Source: Paramoeba atlantica (Eukaryota > Protista > Discosea). Taken from it: 64,000 bases of DNA. Positions 59,101 to 64,000 of this stretch are shown piece by piece. A program made the position numbers and the translations under genes. The notes beneath the pieces were generated by a model that worked only from the letters and a program-made list of their open reading frames with translations, searched no databases and had not been told where the DNA came from. The DNA lies in NCBI GenBank assembly GCA_977017575.1, contig CDRNVI010000021.1, positions 718,440-782,439 on the forward strand. Reading direction: 5' to 3'. How positions within the stretch are numbered: the first letter of the stretch is position 1; every line of letters begins with the position of its first letter.

Positions 59101-62100
59101 CGGAGGACCGTCCCGGACCCTCCCCTCAGGGAACCAGCTCCCTTACCCGGCTCACACCTCTTGGGTGAGCCATGTTGACGCACAGTTCGTCGACGCAGCG
59201 TGTTGGTAACAGCACGTTGGTGCCGCCTTGGAAAAGCTGAAACTGGTAGAGGACGTCGGCCTCGGAACTTCCAAATCTGTCTGTGAAGGGTCTGGCTTGC
59301 CAGTGACCATCCGGAGCAATCCGGAATGATTTGGATTTTGGATTGGACTAGGCCCAGTACTCGGAGGACCGTCCCGGACCCTCCCCACAGGGAACCAGCT
59401 CCCTTACCCGGCTCACACCTCTTGGTTAAGCCGTGTTGACGCACAGTTCGTCGACGCAGCGTGTTGGCAACAGCACGTTGGTGCCGCCTTGGACAAGCGG
59501 AAACTGGTAGAGGACGTCGGCCTCGGAACTTCCAAATCTGTCTGTGAAGGGTCTGGCTTGCCAGTGACCATCCGGATCAATCCGGAATGATTTGGATTTT
59601 TTGGATTTTTGGCATTCTCCTGAATACCGTAAAAAGGGCAACTGCAAGTTTTTTTTCTGGTAAGAAAAAAGTTAGTATCCACAATTTCCACCTTTTTTCT
59701 CCAGCACAATTTTCACACGGGTTGAAACACTCTTTAAAGTCCTCAAAAATACATCGTATTGCGCCTCTTCTAATTTTCGACCCCAGAAGCGATCTCTCGT
59801 CTCAAATCTGCACGATTCGTTGGACAAAGCGAGTTTTTATGCTCGTCCATATCAGAATCGAGAATTTTTTAACCATGATAGTTTACGAGAGGAAATTTAG
59901 ACGAGAACAAATACGAATTTGAAAAGACTTCTTTTTCTCTAATGGCCCTCGAGGCACATAATCTCTGATTATGAATTCTATTATATCTTTTAACCCAGAT
60001 TGAAAGGGGCGAGGGAGATACGAAGCAACAGGCGTGGCAGATTCCCACTGAAAAGAAATGGTATCTCCCCCCGCACGAGAAAAGCCTTTGCGCTTTCTAG
60101 CTCGGAGACAAACTTCGTGCGGGAGATACCATTTCTTTTCAGTGGGAATCTGCCACGCCTGTTGCTTCGTATCTCCCTCGCCCCTTTCAATCTGGGTTTA
60201 ATATAGGAATAGAGTTTATCTTCTGCTAAACGTTTTTCTAGAAGTTTTCTTAATCATAAGTGATGGCTGAACTTTATGTGCGTTTGCACTGTTTTAAACT
60301 GCGATAAGGTTACTCAGTTCCGTGCTCGGACTCCTTCCTCTTGCCTTGATTGCGGCAACGAGCACACTAATGAGGAATGCACCTCACTTGAAATGTGCGG
60401 CCACTGCTCCGAGTTTTGCGTGCCTGTTGGCTGCAACATTTGCCACTCTTGCAATAAGCCGCAAGATCATCAAACCTTGGGTCCTGAAGTTGTGGCAAAG
60501 TGTGCCAAGCGTGGGTTGGACCAAAAGAGAGTCCAGGAAGCATGCTGTGTCTACGAAGGGTGGACAGTATGCCAACGGAAGTTGACATTCGCACTTGTGT
60601 CCCAAGTACTTTGCATTATACCAGCGAAGCTTTACTGTAGGAAAGTCGAAAGTGTATAGCCGTGCGGCAACTTCCGTAGCCGAATATTTCCGTCGTGAGC
60701 TTCCCTCTGCAGACGCCCCCGTTCTATCAAAGACGATGCGCCGCATTTGGACAACCTACAAGGGAACTGCTGCCAAGAGTGTTAAGGAGCAAAGGGAAGA
60801 GCGAATTGCTATGATCCATGATCAGATTGGAGACCTGCTTGAAGGAAGGAAGTAAGACGAAGGAAGAAGAGACCTGCTTGAAGGATATACAATCCGTCGT
60901 GATCGTTTGTATTTGGCTAAAAAGGTGGAGGTGGCGGAGTAGGGGGAGGTGGCGGAGTAGGGGGGAGGTGGCGGAGTGGCAAGAACTCAAAGTTTGAAGC
61001 ACATGGTGCTCAGACGGCGAGTTCAAACCCGTTCATCGCAGTATTCCCGGAGGCCTCACTCTAAGAGGCTGGGCTGATAACCGACTAGGCCCAGTACTCG
61101 GAGGACCGTCCCGGACCCTCCCCTCAGGGAACCAGCTCCCTTACCCGGCTCACACCTCTTGGGTGAGCCATGTTGACGCACAGTTCGTCGACGCAGCGTG
61201 TTGGTAACAGCACGTTGGTGCCGCCTTGGAAAAGCTGAAACTGGTAGAGGACGTCGGCCTCGGAACTTCCAAATCTGTCTGTGAAGGGTCTGGCTTGCCA
61301 GTGACCATCCGGAGCAATCCGGAATGATTTGGATTTTGGATTGGACTAGGCCCAGTACTCGGAGGACCGTCCCGGACCCTCCCCACAGGGAACCAGCTCC
61401 CTTACCCGGCTCACACCTCTTGGTTAAGCCGTGTTGACGCACAGTTCGTCGACGCAGCGTGTTGGCAACAGCACGTTGGTGCCGCCTTGGACAAGCGGAA
61501 ACTGGTAGAGGACGTCGGCCTCGGAACTTCCAAATCTGTCTGTGAAGGGTCTGGCTTGCCAGTGACCATCCGGATCAATCCGGAATGATTTGGATTTTTT
61601 GGATTTTTGGCATTCTCCTGAATACCGTAAAAAGGGCAACTGCAAGTTTTTTTTCTGGTAAGAAAAAAGTTAGTATCCACAATTTCCACCTTTTTTCTCC
61701 AGCACAATTTTCACACGGGTTGAAACACTCTTTAAAGTCCTCAAAAATACATCGTATTGCGCCTCTTCTAATTTTTCGACCCCAGAAGCGATCTCTCGTC
61801 TCAAATCTGCACGATTCGTTGGACAAAGCGAGTTTTTATGCTCGTCCATATCAGAATCGAGAATTTTTTAACCATGATAGTTTACGAGAGGAAATTTAGA
61901 CGAGAACAAATACGAATTTGAAAAGACTTCTTTTTCTCTAATGGCCCTCGAGGCACATAATCTCTGATTATGAATTCTATTATATCTTTTAACCCAGATT
62001 GAAAGGGGCGAGGGAGATACGAAGCAACAGGCGTGGCAGATTCCCACTGAAAAGAAATGGTATCTCCCCCGCACGAGAAAAGCCTTTGCGCTTTCTAGCT

Positions 62101-64000
62101 CGGAGACAAACTTCGTGCGGGAGATACCATTTCTTTTCAGTGGGAATCTGCCACGCCTGTTGCTTCGTATCTCCCTCGCCCCTTTCAATCTGGGTTTAAT
62201 ATAGGAATAGAGTTTATCTTCTGCTAAACGTTTTTCTAGAAGTTTTTCTTAATCATAAGTGATGGCTGAACTTTATGTGCGTTTGCACTGTTTTAACTGC
62301 GATAAGGTTACTCAGTTCCGTGCTCGGACTCCTTCCTCTTGCCTTGATTGCGGCAACGAGCACACTAATGAGGAATGCACCTCACTTGAAATGTGCGGCC
62401 ACTGCTCCGAGTTTTGCGTGCCTGTTGGCTGCAACATTTGCCACTCTTGCAATAAGCCCGCAAGATCATCAAACCTTGGGTCCTGAAGTTGTGGCAAAGT
62501 GTGCCAAGCGTGGGTTGGACCAAAAGAGAGTCCAGGAAGCATGCTGTGTCTACGAAGGGTGGACAGTATGCCAACGGAAGTTGACATTCGCACTTGTGTC
62601 CCAAGTACTTTGCATTATACAGCGAAGCTTTACTGTAGGAAAGTCGAAAGTGTATAGCCGTGCGGCAACTTCCGTAGCCGAATATTTCCGTCGTGAGCTT
62701 CCCTCTGCAGACGCCCCCGTTCTATCAAAGACGATGCGCCGCATTTGGACAACCTACAAGGGAACTGCTGCCAAGAGTGTTAAGGAGCAAAGGGAAGAGC
62801 GAATTGCTATGATCCATGATCAGATTGGAGACCTGCTTGAAGGAAGGAAGTAAGACGAAGGAAGAAGAGACCTGCTTGAAGGATATACAATCCGTCGTGA
62901 TCGTTTGTATTTGGCTAAAAAGGTGGAGGTGGCGGAGTAGGGGGAGGTGGCGGAGTAGGGGGAGGTGGCGGAGTGGCAAGAACTCAAAGTTTGAAGCACA
63001 TGGTGCTCAGACGGCGAGTTCAAACCCGTTCATCGCAGTATTCCCGGAGGCCTCACTCTAAGAGGCTGGGCTGATAACCGACTAGGCCCAGTACTCGGAG
63101 GACCGTCCCGGACCCTCCCCACAGGGAACCAGCTCCCTTACCAGGCTTACACCTCTTGGTTAAGCCGTGTTGACGCACAGTTCGTCGACGCAGCGTGTTG
63201 GCAACAGCACGTTGGTGCCGCCTTGGACAAGCGGAAACTGGTAGAGGACGTCGGCCTCGGAACTTCCAAATCTGTCTGTGAAGGGTCTGGCTTGCCAGTG
63301 ACCATCCGGATCAATCCGGAATGATTTGGATTTTTTGGATTTTTGGCATTCTCCTGAATACCGTAAAAAGGGCAACTGCAAGTTTTTTTTCTGGTAAGAA
63401 AAAAGTTAGTATCCACAATTTCCACCTTTTTTCTCCAGCACAATTTTCACACGGGTTGAAACACTCTTTAAAGTCCTCAAAAATACATCGTATTGCGCCT
63501 CTTCTAATTTTTCGACCACAGAAGCGATCTCTCGTCTCAAATCTGCACGATTCGTTGGACAAAGCGAGTTTTTATGCTCGTCCATATCAGAATCGAGAAT
63601 TTTTTAACCATGATAGTTTACGAGAGGAAATTTAGACGAGAACAAATACGAATTTGAAAAGACTTCTTTTTCTCTAATGGCCCTCGAGGCACATAATCTC
63701 TGATTATGAATTCTATTATATCTTTTAACCCAGATTGAAAGGGGCGAGGGAGATACGAAGCAACAGGCGTGGCAGATTCCCACTGAAAAGAAATGGTATC
63801 TCCCCGCACGAGAAAAGCCTTTGCGCTTTCTAGCTCGGAGACAAACTTCGTGCGGGAGATACCATTTCTTTTCAGTGGGAATCTGCCACGCCTGTTGCTT
63901 CGTATCTCCCTCGCCCCTTTCAATCTGGGTTTAATATAGGAATAGAGTTTATCTTCTGCTAAACGTTTTTCTAGAAGTTTTTCTTAATCATAAGTGATGG

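Larger units (their letters stand above)
45519..64000 (+). repeat. Tandem array of ~1995-bp (long) and ~1733-bp (short) near-identical units; runs off the window end
   Basis: Cys-rich ORF starts at 46558, 48553, 50548, 52543, 54538, 56271, 58266, ~60260, 62259 and ~63994. Short units lack a ~262-bp 5'-truncated second SINE copy. Confidence 0.95.

Noticed and set aside
56200-63900. Frameshifted Cys-rich ORF copies as real pseudogenes
   Set aside because: The differences are mostly single-base indels in homopolymers concentrated in later units, which fits long-read consensus errors in a collapsed array.

Overview
Eukaryotic genomic DNA, probably from a euglenozoan or kinetoplastid-like protist. 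The basis is inference: a 5S rRNA of the GGGUACGACCAUAC...GUUGUACUC type, and intron-less host genes all on one strand with a polypyrimidine tract ahead of one of them. The first 7.4 kb is gene-dense: an ELG1/ATAD5-like fragment, eIF3a and an RCC1-repeat protein. The remaining ~56 kb, apart from one orphan membrane-protein ORF and a short RRM ORF, is a nest of mobile elements and tandem arrays. These include Tc1/mariner remnants, ~110-bp and ~205-bp palindromic elements, a ~0.9-kb tandem array, and a large decayed Helitron/Helentron-type Rep-PIF1 element. There are also two tRNA-derived SINE families with TSDs, a Merlin (IS1016/IS1595-like) transposase pseudogene next to a CAGTG satellite, and an 18-kb array of ~2-kb units. 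Each array unit holds a SINE, a palindrome and a Cys-rich ORF. The most striking feature is a 5.08-kb retroposed unit (30161-35237, minus strand) bounded by a perfect 10-bp TSD. It consists of a complete 5S rRNA, 14 copies of a T6-containing 18-mer, and an intact single-ORF APE-RT-RNase H LINE. Removing it restores the reading frame of the Helitron ORF it interrupts. The LINEs and SINEs here share a 3' GNRA stem-loop plus simple-repeat tail, and several show 5'-end reiteration, which suggests one retroposition system. All protein family calls come from motif recognition by eye; no database searches were run.
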